Below, piece after piece: positions 31,050 through 41,611 of a stretch of DNA of 64,000 bases. The notes under the pieces are model-generated. The model was not told the origin of the DNA and did no database searches. It worked only from the letters and a program-made list of their open reading frames with translations. Made by a program: the position numbers and the translations under genes. The DNA comes from Cyanobacteria bacterium P01_A01_bin.123 (GTDB lineage Bacteria > Cyanobacteriota > Cyanobacteriia > Phormidesmidales > Phormidesmidaceae), in assembly GCA_039815185.1 (NCBI GenBank), contig JBCBZT010000023.1:32001-96000 (forward strand), in the 5' to 3' direction. The first letter of the stretch is position 1, and each line of letters starts with the position of its first letter.

Positions 31050-33429
31050 TTTGAATCCTTTTGAGTTGGGCAGGGGCTTGAATTTGAGTGAATAAGGCGA
31101 TCGCGCGATCGCCTGCCTTTCCCGCTGCATCTGTTTGACCGATTTGCTGATAAGTCAGGGCAAGCTGAAAATAAGCATCTGCTAAGTCACATTTCGCGCC
31201 AATGTCTTCCAGCAGCTCAATCGCTTGTTGGTGCAGGGCAAGTGCCGTTTGATATTGTCCCTGAGTCCGCTCAATTTCTGCTAGCCCTTTGAGAGCATTG
31301 GCCTTGACTTGAATGTAGTGGCTGGTTTCGGCAAAAGCGATCGCGGTTTGGTAAAGTTCCACACTGGTAGACGTTTCCCCCAGCAGCGCATAGGTTTGCC
31401 CCAGCCGCTGAATAAAGTAGGCAAAGCGACCGCTTTGTGCGGGTGGTGCAGCACTTAAAAACGTGTGTTTGGCTTCTGCTGCTAGGGTCAGTGCCATTTG
31501 TGTTTCCCTCAGGTAGGCTTTGACCAGGGCGAGGCCGACGGTGGCTTTTTCGGCCCATCGGTAATGGCGGGTGCCTTGGGCCAGGTCAATCACATCGTTG
31601 AACAGTTGAGCTGCAGTGTCGAGTTCCCAAAGATCGAGGTGATATAGCCCCAGACTGAGCAGTGAATCAACCTCTAACATCCGGAAATAATAGTGCTGGC
31701 GTTGATTGTCTGGGTGATCTGCTAGCGATTGTAGACAAGCCTGGGCTGTTTGGATAACGTGCTGCTGATCTGCGATCGCAGTGTGAATCTGCCCCGTAAT
31801 CCAGTGCAGATCGCCCAAGATATTTTGCAGCTCGCTGGTTTGTTGGGGGTTATTGAGATGATCGAGAATGGCCGCGATCGCCTCCAAAACGGGCTGGACC
31901 AATCCCATGCGATACAAACTGCTGGCCAGGGGTAAAAACTGCTGCCACCGATTATCTCGACTTTGAAGCAAAACCGCCGCCGCCGCTTCGTAGTCAGCGA
32001 TGGCGCAGTAGTGATAATAGGCTTCTAGGGCTTGCAGGGCGTCCTGCCTTTGGGTGATGCGAGAGACCCGCGTGCTCCAAAATTCTGCTGCTTTGCGATT
32101 TGTGATGATCCAATCGGGGGAAGGGCGCAGCCGGGCGATCGCCGCAGCCCGAATCACCGGATGTAACCAGTATTCACCCTTGTGAAAGTCCACGAAGGAA
32201 CGATTCCGCAAAGAAGTAAGCAGCCCTCGTTGCTTGTCTGACGGGACGTCCCACAAGAGGGCAAATAAAGCCGCTTTGCTCAGCGTGGCGATCGCTTGAT
32301 AGCGGTAGCAACCCAAGCGGTAAAACAGGCGATGGGCATCAGGGTCGAGGGTGGCTAATCGGTTGACCTGGCTGATGACCAAATTATTTAAGTCAGTCAC
32401 GCCCAAGGGATGATCGTAAAACTCTTGCCAGTAGGCAACCATATCCCCCTCAAAATCGGTTTGTATCGCGCCGCAAAGTAGTCCCATAGCTTTGGCGTTA
32501 CCCCCATAGGCTTGGTGCATGGCGTTGAGGGTAGGGCGGTGAATCGCAACGCCTCGCAGGCGGTAAAAATCCTGCCAGGCTGCTGATGTGAGCCCCGGTA
32601 ATCGAAAATGTTCGGTTGGGATGCTGGGTTCACAGAGGCGATCGCGGCTGGTCATCAATGTTACGGATTGAATGCGACGATCGGCCAACACGCGCATCAG
32701 TTCCACATAGCGGCTATGGGGGGCAATGAATTTACCCGCAGCATCTAGGGCGGGTTCTAAGTTGTCAATCAAAATGCCAATGGGGCGTTGGTGCAGTTGA
32801 CGTTTAAGACGCGCCAGGCTGACGCCAAACTCCCGCCCCGGCTCAGTGTCAAAATCTTGCCGCAGCCATTCTTCCACGACCCGATCGACGGCAACAATAT
32901 CCTGAGGTTCTTGGGCCATCAGCAGTTCTAAGACCACTTCAAACTGCTGGGTTTGAAAGTAGTGTTGGGCGAGCGTAGTCTTGCCAATGCCGCCTTCCCC
33001 CTGGATGACGATCAGCTTATGACCCTGGTTGACTAAGGTGTTGATGGCCGCTATCGCGGCGTCTCGACCCACAAAGTTGGGATCATTGGCTGTAGCAGGA
33101 GCTGGCGGGGCGACTGTTGTCCCGGGCTTATCCTGGTGCAACTTGGGAGCCAGTGGGGGTGGCAGGGTGGCATAAAGGTATCGTTCTACCGCTGTCCGAA
33201 AGCTATGCTTACCGACTTTTTCACCCAGGGATTGCGATAGCTGATGCCAAAGCTCGGCGGCCACATCTTTCACATGGCCTTCAGTACAGCCATAAGCATC
33301 AGCAATTTCAAAATATTTTCGCCCCTGCCAGACTTGATCTACGATGGTTCGCTGCAAATCATTCAGGGGTTTACCGGTTGCTGCGAATAGTAATTTATCT
33401 GCCAGGTTTAGGACGATCTCTACACCCAT
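31021..33429 (-). CDS. STAND-class NTPase: N-terminal HTH-like domain + NB-ARC-like ATPase + TPR repeats
   Basis: N-terminal LNDLQ...W.G..Y.EIA..YG...GHVKD....LW..LS..LGEKV; Walker A GEGGIGKT; Walker B ILIDNLE; TSR; LHP; C-terminal TPRs. Confidence 0.88.
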   Translation of the reverse strand: MGVEIVLNLADKLLFAATGKPLNDLQRTIVDQVWQGRKYFEIADAYGCTEGHVKDVAAELWHQLSQSLGEKVGKHSFRTAVERYLYATLPPPLAPKLHQDKPGTTVAPPAPATANDPNFVGRDAAIAAINTLVNQGHKLIVIQGEGGIGKTTLAQHYFQTQQFEVVLELLMAQEPQDIVAVDRVVEEWLRQDFDTEPGREFGVSLARLKRQLHQRPIGILIDNLEPALDAAGKFIAPHSRYVELMRVLADRRIQSVTLMTSRDRLCEPSIPTEHFRLPGLTSAAWQDFYRLRGVAIHRPTLNAMHQAYGGNAKAMGLLCGAIQTDFEGDMVAYWQEFYDHPLGVTDLNNLVISQVNRLATLDPDAHRLFYRLGCYRYQAIATLSKAALFALLWDVPSDKQRGLLTSLRNRSFVDFHKGEYWLHPVIRAAAIARLRPSPDWIITNRKAAEFWSTRVSRITQRQDALQALEAYYHYCAIADYEAAAAVLLQSRDNRWQQFLPLASSLYRMGLVQPVLEAIAAILDHLNNPQQTSELQNILGDLHWITGQIHTAIADQQHVIQTAQACLQSLADHPDNQRQHYYFRMLEVDSLLSLGLYHLDLWELDTAAQLFNDVIDLAQGTRHYRWAEKATVGLALVKAYLRETQMALTLAAEAKHTFLSAAPPAQSGRFAYFIQRLGQTYALLGETSTSVELYQTAIAFAETSHYIQVKANALKGLAEIERTQGQYQTALALHQQAIELLEDIGAKCDLADAYFQLALTYQQIGQTDAAGKAGDRAIALFTQIQAPAQLKRIQSGQHYSTTL

Positions 33430-33590
33430 CGATCGCTTCAGGGAAACCACAATCCTCGTTCAAGCCGTGCTCAACTTTAGCCTACCCGCTCTCTGCTAAA
33501 CCATGTCCAACTCGGGAAGGGGCTTGTTCTGATTAACAAAACGCCTGTTCTGGACGTGGAAACGGTGTAGAGAGCAGATCCAGTCGAGAC

Positions 33591-33672
33591 CCGACCTTTT
33601 CCGACGTGATCGGTTCAAGCCCTGTTGAAGTTTTAGTAAAGTCTGCCGACCCAATTGCCGACTTTGCCCGAC
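33591..33672 (+). promoter_or_regulatory. Five CCGAC direct repeats in the divergent promoter region
   Basis: CCGAC at 33591, 33601, 33646, 33658 and 33668. Confidence 0.6.
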
Positions 33673-33729
33673 TGACATTGGCTGTGTGTCTGCTTAGGGT
33701 GGATGGGAACAGTCATCTAAAGGGTCACA

Positions 33730-34764
33730 ATGGTGAATACGATAATGCTGCCGTCAGTTCAAGTTGATCTTGCTGGGACGGTTTATAGTCAGCCCAATCT
33801 CTTTCAGATTCAAAAGCGCCTCCGGCAGCTTGTACAGCGCTATGTGACGCAAGACATTTTGCGCGATCGCTTAGAAGATTTGCCCCAGCAGTTTGCTCAT
33901 CCGTCGCCGCGTCCTTGGCAAGCGATTGATTGGCAGGGCATTCATCCCGACCAAATTATTGGCATTGATCCCCAAATCTTTTTGGCTACCCTATCGGGCA
34001 CCATCGATACAGAAGCACCCATCCGCGGCTATACCCAGGCGAGTCGACAGTATCTAGCCTTTAACTATCCTCACATGGCCCGTTTTGTGGGAGGGCAGCT
34101 AGATCAGAACAACACATTGGTGGAGTTAGGACTGTGGGAGAAAGAAGAACGCCGCCATACGCCCACCCTGACGAAGCTCTACACACTGTTGGCAGGGCAT
34201 CAGCCGACGGTAACACCCCATAATGCTCGTGCCTACCGCCCCAGTCAGGATCCTCGAGAGTCTTTATACCGTCATGGGTTACATCGGGTGGCAACGGAGT
34301 ACGGTGCAACCTGTCTCTATCTCTGGATGATGGCCTATACAACCGGGCCGCTCCAGGCTGTGTTGGCAGAAGTCTTAATTGATGAAATTAACCATATGAC
34401 AAAATTTTGGGGTTACGGGGCGTGGATTTTTCCCGAATCATCACCGCTACGAATTGGGCACACTTTATTCAAGGCGCTGGCTGAACGAAAGCGGAATAAA
34501 CTGATCCAGGGTAGCTTGCTGCACACCCTGCGTCGGATGTTTCGTGTGCTCCACTGGCGCGATTGGAGTCTGACACAGCGGTTGGCGCTGTTCTACGGTG
34601 CTGACCAAGTGATGCGCCAACTGTGGCAGTGGCATGCTACGTTAACGCCGGATTATCTAAATCCGCTATTTGTCCCGTTTGTAGCCCCGTCATCGACAGA
34701 CATACCGTCTATCAGTACGCAGCCCGATCAAGTGGGTCGTATCTCACGGTGCGATCGCGCCTAA
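33730..34764 (+). CDS. Ferritin-like diiron carboxylate protein
   Basis: Paired E...ExxH motifs: DTEAP, KEERRH, TEYGA, DEINH. Confidence 0.8.
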   Translation: MVNTIMLPSVQVDLAGTVYSQPNLFQIQKRLRQLVQRYVTQDILRDRLEDLPQQFAHPSPRPWQAIDWQGIHPDQIIGIDPQIFLATLSGTIDTEAPIRGYTQASRQYLAFNYPHMARFVGGQLDQNNTLVELGLWEKEERRHTPTLTKLYTLLAGHQPTVTPHNARAYRPSQDPRESLYRHGLHRVATEYGATCLYLWMMAYTTGPLQAVLAEVLIDEINHMTKFWGYGAWIFPESSPLRIGHTLFKALAERKRNKLIQGSLLHTLRRMFRVLHWRDWSLTQRLALFYGADQVMRQLWQWHATLTPDYLNPLFVPFVAPSSTDIPSISTQPDQVGRISRCDRA

Positions 34765-34907
34765 GGGCCAGTCGATGAGTATCGCGTTTAGATCTGGTCT
34801 GGTCTGTAACCTGGTGTTCTTTTCGTAGGACAATCGATCAGTTTCGACTGATATTGAGTCTTAAATCTCTTTCTTCCTATACTTAACTTTCAAGAAACCC
34901 AACTCCT

Positions 34908-35675
34908 ATGCTGCTCAAAACCCTACCGCCCGATCTTGACACGAACCGTTTGCCTAAGCATGTGGCGATCATTATGGATGGTAATGGTCGCTGGGCTAAG
35001 CAAAAAGGACTGCCCCGAATCGCTGGGCATCGTCAAGGGGCAAAAACCTTGAAAGACCTACTGCGCTGCTGCAAAGACTGGGGCATTGGCGCGTTGACGG
35101 TCTACGCTTTTTCGACGGAAAACTGGCGACGCCCGCTAGAAGAAGTCAACTTTTTGATGGTGCTGTTTGAGCGGATGTTAGTAAAAGAACTTGCAGAAGC
35201 TCAAAAAGAGGGCGTCCGCATCCGTATTTTGGGTGATCTCTCTGGCGTATCGCCGTCGCTGCACCACACCATGAAGCGAGTGATGGCAGAAACGGCTCAC
35301 AATAGTGCGGTAGATTTCAACCTAGCCATTAACTATGGTAGCCGTCATGAGATTGTCCGCGCGGCTCAAGCCCTAGCGACCCAGGTGCAGACTGGAAAGT
35401 TGAATCCTGAAGATATTACTGAAGCAATGATCAGCGATCGCTTGGATACCGCAGGGCTACCAGACCCTGATCTCCTGATCCGGACGAGCGGCGAAAAGCG
35501 TCTGAGCAACTATTTGCTATGGCAACTCGCCTATGCAGAAATGATTTTTGCTGATTGCCACTGGCCTGACTTTGACCGCGCCCAGTTTCACCAGGTATTG
35601 AAAGTATTCCAAAGTCGAGATCGCCGTTTTGGTGGCTTAAAAGAAACTGAACGAACCCCCGTCTTATCTGCTTAA
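34908..35675 (+). CDS. uppS: Isoprenyl transferase (cis-prenyltransferase, UPP synthase family)
   Basis: [47 protein letters not shown]. Confidence 0.93.
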   Translation: MLLKTLPPDLDTNRLPKHVAIIMDGNGRWAKQKGLPRIAGHRQGAKTLKDLLRCCKDWGIGALTVYAFSTENWRRPLEEVNFLMVLFERMLVKELAEAQKEGVRIRILGDLSGVSPSLHHTMKRVMAETAHNSAVDFNLAINYGSRHEIVRAAQALATQVQTGKLNPEDITEAMISDRLDTAGLPDPDLLIRTSGEKRLSNYLLWQLAYAEMIFADCHWPDFDRAQFHQVLKVFQSRDRRFGGLKETERTPVLSA

Positions 35676-35902
35676 TTCACGAGCCTTGGCTTCTTGATTC
35701 CTGTACTCTTTGCTGTGCAATCGGTATAAATCCCATTGACATGATATGAAGACCCATCAAGTTAGGTGTAAAGACCGTAAAATCTCTGAACTTTCCTAAT
35801 CTATCCGGTTGATTCATATCGACTTAGAAATCTAGATTAGAGGATGATTTTGTCGTTTTTAAACAACTATCTCATCGTCTAATTTAGAATACTGCAAGGA
35901 TA

Positions 35903-36313
35903 GTGCTGATGGATTCTTTGAAATTTCGTCTCCAACTTCAAAGCCAGGGCTTAAATGCTAAGCTCTATCCCTATGAGGCTCGGTTGTATATTCTAGTTGA
36001 ATCAAAAGAGATACCAGCTAAAGAACACGCTGTAAAGCTAGTGCGCCAAGCCTTACAGTCCTCATCTTGGTTGAGTGCTGACTATCGAGTTTATATTTAT
36101 GGGCGCTCCAGTAGCAACTTCTTACCCGACTGGGTGCAGGCATTTAGCTGCCGCGTGACTCAGAGTGGAATCGAATTTGCCAACCCTAACTTCTACTGCA
36201 ATCAAACCTTTCCAATTTTGCATCAGAAGCATTGCCAAAAGAGCATTTGCTTACCGTCACCGGGTCAGAAATTAAACCCCCAATATCGTCGCCTATTGGA
36301 ATCAGTTGCCTAG
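35903..36313 (+). CDS. Hypothetical protein
   Basis: 136 aa ORF with L.ILVES..P and V.IYGR.....PDW pattern. Confidence 0.55.
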   Translation: MLMDSLKFRLQLQSQGLNAKLYPYEARLYILVESKEIPAKEHAVKLVRQALQSSSWLSADYRVYIYGRSSSNFLPDWVQAFSCRVTQSGIEFANPNFYCNQTFPILHQKHCQKSICLPSPGQKLNPQYRRLLESVA

Positions 36314-36418
36314 CAGATATCAAGATCTTAAACAAAGTCTGCCAGCTTGTTGAAAACGAGCTACAGTATGCCAACATAGGCAGCTAAAGTATTTGAGTCG
36401 TGGAGGCGGGCAAGATCT

Positions 36419-37096
36419 GTGAGAGGTCGATTGAGTGCTTTGGGTTTGTTCATATTGGTGGCAGGCACCTTTGGGATGGCAGCTGGGGGAAATACGGCTG
36501 ATTTCCCACCCTGTCCGCCGCCTAGTGCTAGTGAATATTTACTACTGGTGCGGGGGGAGACTGAGGCAGACCGCGATCGTGTGCAAGATTTGCTCCCGGC
36601 CAGCAGTACTGTCATGGTTTGCGACTACCTTGATGATGTGGTCGTGCGGGCTGGCGGATTCACCAGTCTAGAAACAGCCAATGCCTGGGCCCAGTACATG
36701 ACTGAAGTTGAAGAATTACAGGCTTTCGTTGCCCGCCCCCCGACTGCTAGTGAAGTTGTGGCAACAACTCAGCCAGCACCGGAAACTGCGGCTGAAGCCG
36801 CTGCTGTGGCCTATGATCCTCAACCCTTGGCCCCTGGTTATGCCGTCTTAGTGGATTATTTCAATCGTCCGGAAGTGGCGTTGGATGTGCAGCAATCCCT
36901 CAGCCAATCCGTCGGGTTGGTGGTGTACCGTCAGCGCCCCTACTTGTTGGTTAGCCAAACCGAAGATGCTGTCGCGGCGGGTAGTACTTTACAAACCCTC
37001 AGCAACCAAAACTTTACGGCAGTAGTGGTGGATAGTCGCCAAGTGGTGGTGCTAACGCCACGCGTGGCCTTTGCTGATGGCACAGCAAGTCAATAG
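36419..37096 (+). CDS. Hypothetical secreted protein
   Basis: Signal peptide; PPCPPP..EYLLLV; two alpha/beta segments. Confidence 0.7.
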   Translation: MRGRLSALGLFILVAGTFGMAAGGNTADFPPCPPPSASEYLLLVRGETEADRDRVQDLLPASSTVMVCDYLDDVVVRAGGFTSLETANAWAQYMTEVEELQAFVARPPTASEVVATTQPAPETAAEAAAVAYDPQPLAPGYAVLVDYFNRPEVALDVQQSLSQSVGLVVYRQRPYLLVSQTEDAVAAGSTLQTLSNQNFTAVVVDSRQVVVLTPRVAFADGTASQ

Positions 37097-37545
37097 GCGG
37101 GGGCTGCTAGACAGGCGATCGCGGCACCGAGAGCCGACCCGGCAATCACCTGAACCGGGGTATGCCCCAAAAGCTCTTTGAGGCGGTCTTCATTAAATTC
37201 TGGATTTTCCTGAAACAGCTCATCTACCATTTGATTGAGTACACGGGCCTGTTTGCCAGCTGCTTGCCGAACGCCAGCAGCATCGTACATGACGATAATG
37301 GCGAAAATAGCCGTAGCTGCAAAAATTGGGCTGCTCCAGCCCAGACTTTGCCCAACTCCAACGGCTAACGCGGTGACTAAAGCAGAATGGGAGCTAGGCA
37401 TGCCGCCTGTTTCTACTAGAACCCGCAGGTTAACTTTGCCGTGTCGAGAAAACTCAATCACGAGCTTGAGGAGCTGGGCGAATAGGCAAGCAAAACCTGC
37501 TACTAGCAGCACCCGATTGTTCAGGATTTCACCAATGTCCCCCAT
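37090..37545 (-). CDS. Divergent PAP2 family protein (DUF212)
   Basis: TGGMPSSHS, VMYDAAGVR, LKELLGHTP.QV; lies downstream of crtE. Confidence 0.93.
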   Translation of the reverse strand: MGDIGEILNNRVLLVAGFACLFAQLLKLVIEFSRHGKVNLRVLVETGGMPSSHSALVTALAVGVGQSLGWSSPIFAATAIFAIIVMYDAAGVRQAAGKQARVLNQMVDELFQENPEFNEDRLKELLGHTPVQVIAGSALGAAIACLAAPAY

Positions 37546-37558
37546 GTGATTGTCGTCC

Positions 37559-38482
37559 TTAATGAGTACGAGCGGTAATGTAATCTGCGATCGCTAAGAG
37601 TGGTTGGTTGAGACAACCAAACGACTTTAATTCTTGCTTAGCTTGATCAACTAACTGGTGTGCCTGACGTTTCGATTCGTCAATGCCCCACAAACTGGGA
37701 TAGGTCGCTTTTTGAGCGGCTTCGTCTTTGCCAATGGATTTCCCTAATTCTTCTTGGGTTGATGTGATGTCTAAGACATCGTCCACAATTTGGAAAGCTA
37801 GGCCAATGTTTTGGGCATAGCGTGATAGGTTTGCCAAGATTTCGGGGGGTGCCCCTGCGATCATTGCGCCCGCTGTGACCGATACCTCTAGTAGAGCAGC
37901 GGTTTTGTGCCGATGGATAAAGTTGAGCGTATCTACGGTCACATCAGTTTTACCTTCAGATTCTAAATCGACCACTTGCCCTCCCACGAGCCCATCCGCT
38001 CCCACAGCCCGACCCAGGGCTGCCACTACTTTCAAGAGATGTTCAGCCGGGACGTTTTGAGTTTGGGTGGCAATGAATTCAAAGGCGTAGGCCAATAGGG
38101 CATCTCCGGCCAAAATGGCAACGTCATCCCCATAAATTTTGTGGTTCGTTAATTGCCCCCGACGGTAGTCGTCGTCATCCATCGCGGGTAAATCGTCGTG
38201 AATCAACGACATGGTGTGCACCATCTCTAAAGCACAAGCGGTAGGCATGGCCATCTCGATAGTTGCCCCAGTGAGTTCAGCCGTAGCGAGGCAAAGAATA
38301 GGGCGTAACCGTTTGCCCCCAGCCATTAAGGAATAGCGCATAGACTCATAGATCGTCTCTGGGTACACGACCTTAATTGCTTGATCGAGGGCGTGCTCGA
38401 CTGCTTGCTTGCGCGCTTTTAGGTAGGTGGCAAGTTTAAAGGACGACACAGAAGGCTGGGGGGTGGAATCGGTGAAAACCAT
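37559..38482 (-). CDS. crtE: Geranylgeranyl diphosphate synthase
   Basis: [34 protein letters not shown]. Confidence 0.95.
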   Translation of the reverse strand: MVFTDSTPQPSVSSFKLATYLKARKQAVEHALDQAIKVVYPETIYESMRYSLMAGGKRLRPILCLATAELTGATIEMAMPTACALEMVHTMSLIHDDLPAMDDDDYRRGQLTNHKIYGDDVAILAGDALLAYAFEFIATQTQNVPAEHLLKVVAALGRAVGADGLVGGQVVDLESEGKTDVTVDTLNFIHRHKTAALLEVSVTAGAMIAGAPPEILANLSRYAQNIGLAFQIVDDVLDITSTQEELGKSIGKDEAAQKATYPSLWGIDESKRQAHQLVDQAKQELKSFGCLNQPLLAIADYITARTH

Positions 38483-38554
38483 GACGGACAGTTTCAAAGA
38501 GACAGCATAGCAGGCGCTTTCAATAATTTGGTGCTGAGTTGGGTTGAACAACCA

Positions 38555-39427
38555 TTACTCATGAAGCTGTTGACGGCGGCAATAGCTCCATACTGTATTT
38601 TGCAACAGCATGGTCACAGTCATAGGGCCAACGCCACCGGGGACAGGGGTAATTGCCTGAACGGTAGGTTCAACCCCATAAAAGTCTACATCGCCGACGA
38701 GCCTAGCTTTTCCAGTTTCTAAAGTGAGTCGGTTGATGCCCACATCAATCACGACACTGCCCGGTTTTACCATATCAGCTGTAATTAAGTTGGGGCGACC
38801 CACTGCGGTGACTAAGATATCGGCACTGCGCGTAATCTCGGCTAAGTTCTGGGAACGAGAATGGGCAATGGTGACTGTGGCGTTGGCTTCCAACAGCATC
38901 AATGTCATCGGTTTACCGACCAAAATACTGCGGCCCAAGACAACGGCCTGTTTGCCGATTAGGTCAATATCATAGGTTTCAAGCAATCGCATGATGCCTG
39001 CCGGTGTACAGCTTCTTAGCCCCGATTCACCCCGTACCAGACGCCCTAGGCTAATTGGGTGCAGGCCATCAACATCTTTGTCGGGGTTGATGGTATTCAG
39101 CAAGGCAGTGGCGTCTAAGCCCTGGGGCAGCGGTAACTGGATTAAGATACCGTCTACCCGAGTGTCTTGGTTGAGGGCGTGAACTAGGGCAGTGAGCTCG
39201 GCTTGACTGGTCTCGGCTGGAAGGTGCTGGCCAAAAGAGACAACCCCAATGCGATCGCAGCTACGTTCTTTATTGCGCACATAGGCTGCACTGGCTGGAT
39301 TATCTCCTACCATCAAAACGGCTAGCCCAGGGGGACGACCATACTGTGCCTGCAGGGATTGAATCTGATCACGCAAGTCAGCTTGAATTTTATTCGCTAA
39401 GGATTTGCCGTCGAGCAGCTGCGCCAT
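38555..39427 (-). CDS. folD: Methylenetetrahydrofolate dehydrogenase/cyclohydrolase
   Basis: [42 protein letters not shown]. Confidence 0.97.
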   Translation of the reverse strand: MAQLLDGKSLANKIQADLRDQIQSLQAQYGRPPGLAVLMVGDNPASAAYVRNKERSCDRIGVVSFGQHLPAETSQAELTALVHALNQDTRVDGILIQLPLPQGLDATALLNTINPDKDVDGLHPISLGRLVRGESGLRSCTPAGIMRLLETYDIDLIGKQAVVLGRSILVGKPMTLMLLEANATVTIAHSRSQNLAEITRSADILVTAVGRPNLITADMVKPGSVVIDVGINRLTLETGKARLVGDVDFYGVEPTVQAITPVPGGVGPMTVTMLLQNTVWSYCRRQQLHE

Positions 39428-39467
39428 AGTCAAAGAGCATAAACTTTAAGTTAATAGTTTCTCAGAT

Positions 39468-39977
39468 TTGGTTCCGCCTATGGCGATCTTTAAGCTGCCG
39501 CGTGATATTGATATCTCTATTGATTCCCTTGAGTCATTGCGAAAGCTATTGAGCCTGAGCACTGCGGTATTCTTGCTCGGTTTGGGAGGATGCAGTTTTA
39601 ACCAAGCTAGTCCCCTTTCCAATCTAGATGTGCCGAATCCACTAGGCATAGATGGACCCATTACCCCTGTGGCTGATATTTATCAGCAACCAGAGGGAGT
39701 GGTGTCTGAACCCACTGAACCTGCTACGGCTGAGGAACCCGTTTACCTACGGGGGCGAGTTGCCCAACGGCTACCCTTACTGGAGGGATGGCTGTATCAG
39801 GTGGAAGATGAGACGGGCTTGATTTGGGTGATCACGTCTGGCGTTGCACCTGAAGTGGGCGATCGCGTCACGGTGAAAGGCACCGTTGCCTTTGAAAGCG
39901 TCCCGATTGCTGACGAAGAGCTAGGCGACTACTACATTCAAGAATTAGAGCATGAGGTCAGGGCGAATGTGAAGTGA
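39468..39977 (+). CDS. Putative OB-fold lipoprotein
   Basis: Lipobox LGGC; V.L.G.V..., Y.V.D.TG.IWV, GD.V.V.G pattern. Start codon uncertain. Confidence 0.65.
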   Translation: MVPPMAIFKLPRDIDISIDSLESLRKLLSLSTAVFLLGLGGCSFNQASPLSNLDVPNPLGIDGPITPVADIYQQPEGVVSEPTEPATAEEPVYLRGRVAQRLPLLEGWLYQVEDETGLIWVITSGVAPEVGDRVTVKGTVAFESVPIADEELGDYYIQELEHEVRANVK

Positions 39978-40375
39978 GACAACGATTTGTGGTCGAATAT
40001 GCCCCCCAACTTGAGATCCTCCAACGGGCAACGTTGATGATCACCCACGCTGGCATGAATACAACGATGGAATGCCTGATGTATGGGGTGCCGATGGTGG
40101 CGATTCCGGTCGCTAATGATCAGCCAGGGGTTTCGGCTCGGATTGTTTGGAGTGGGGTGGGAGAACGTGTCTCTTTGAAAAACCTGAGCGTTGAAAAACT
40201 ACGGACAGCCATTCAGGCTGTGTTAACTAATTCTGCTTATAAGCAGACAGCTCTCGCATTACAAGCCGATTGTCAGCATACGGGTGGTGTGCAGAAAGCT
40301 GCTGACATTATTGAAACCGCGATCGCGACTGGCCAGCCTGTTTTAGCAAAGACATCATCAGTCATCCAGTTTTAG
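39974..40375 (+). pseudogene. C-terminal fragment of a GT1/MGT-family glycosyltransferase
   Basis: Begins at the UDP-sugar motif YAPQ..L.....ITHAGMNT..E....GVPMVAIP...DQ; the N-terminal domain is absent. Confidence 0.8.
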
Positions 40376-41383
40376 TGCCGATCCGTCAGGGGCCTCTAGC
40401 ACAAACCCAGCGTCGCGAATCATGGTGTAATCTTGTTGAGCAGCTTGACCAGGGGTGGTCAGATAGTCACCCACGAAGATGGAGTTAGCCGCATAGAGAC
40501 CGAGGGGTTGTAGCGATCGCAGCTGCACTTCCCGACCCCCTGCAATCCGAATTTCCTGAGCGGGCAGTAAAAATCGAAACAAACACAGAATCCGCAAGCA
40601 CTGGCGTGGCGTCAGCACAGATTTACCTTCAAAGGGCGTACCCGGAATCGGAATCAAAAAATTCAGCGGCACACTAGTCACATTGAGCTGTCGCAAGGAG
40701 AGGGCTAAATCAATCACGTCATCATCAGATTCGCCCATGCCTAGAATGCCTCCCGAACAAGTCGTTAATCCTGCTGCCTGGACTGCTTTGACCGTATCAA
40801 CGCGATCGCTAAACTGATGGGTTGAGCAAATATCACTGTGGAAGGCTTCGGCGGTATTTAAGTTGTGGTTGACTCGATCGACCCCGGCGGCTGCAAGTTC
40901 ATGGGTTTGGGCGTTGTTCAATAAACCTAGACAAGCACAAATCTTCAGATCATGGCGAGCTTTGACAGCGTGGACAGACTCTAGCACTTGGTTGAAGACT
41001 TTTTCTGACGGCGATCGCCCCGAAATCACCATGCAAAAGGTTCCCGCCTTGAGTTCAGCGGCGCGATCGGCGGCAGCTAAAATCTGCTCCCGGGCCATGA
41101 AAGGATATTTTTCAATTTCGGCGGTAGAAATTTTAGACTGGGAGCAATAGTGACAATCTTCTGGACAAAGACCACTCTGAGCATTGAGCAAAAAATGCAG
41201 CCTCACTCGATTGCCCCAATGGTGGTGACGCACTCGGTAAGCCGCAGCCAGTTGAGCCAAAAGTTCGGTGTCGGGAGCTTGTAAAACAGCTTGAGCCGCT
41301 GTTCGTTCAATCTCTTGTCCAGCCAGGGCTTGATCCGCCAGGTGACCCCAGTCCTGAGTGGACACTACCGTATTGGTTATCAT
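40358..41383 (-). CDS. bioB: Biotin synthase
   Basis: [11 protein letters not shown] radical-SAM motif, [30 protein letters not shown]. Confidence 0.97.
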   Translation of the reverse strand: MITNTVVSTQDWGHLADQALAGQEIERTAAQAVLQAPDTELLAQLAAAYRVRHHHWGNRVRLHFLLNAQSGLCPEDCHYCSQSKISTAEIEKYPFMAREQILAAADRAAELKAGTFCMVISGRSPSEKVFNQVLESVHAVKARHDLKICACLGLLNNAQTHELAAAGVDRVNHNLNTAEAFHSDICSTHQFSDRVDTVKAVQAAGLTTCSGGILGMGESDDDVIDLALSLRQLNVTSVPLNFLIPIPGTPFEGKSVLTPRQCLRILCLFRFLLPAQEIRIAGGREVQLRSLQPLGLYAANSIFVGDYLTTPGQAAQQDYTMIRDAGFVLEAPDGSALKLDD

Positions 41384-41611
41384 TGCTATTGTCTTTCCAT
41401 TCGCCAAATCTCACTCTAAACCACATTCTGACCGCGATCGCGAGTGTCAAAACTTTCGAATTGCGTACCGCGTGATGCCTAGAGCTGAGACAATGCGAAG
41501 TTGCGTAAACTAAGCTGCCTGGAGCCGCTAATTTCAACATCCTGATTGTGTTAGATCGCTAGAGTATAGCTATAGCATGCCAATGACTAAAGCCCGTTTG
41601 AGGAACTCAAC

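Noticed and set aside
31021..33429. STAND protein as an Avs-type antiphage system
   Set aside because: The N-terminus looks like a DNA-binding module rather than a nuclease/TIR/SIR2 effector, and the context is metabolic with no defence island.
33591..33672. CRISPR-like repeat array
   Set aside because: Repeats are only 5 bp with 10-45 nt periods, and there are no cas genes. No CRISPR array was seen anywhere in the window.
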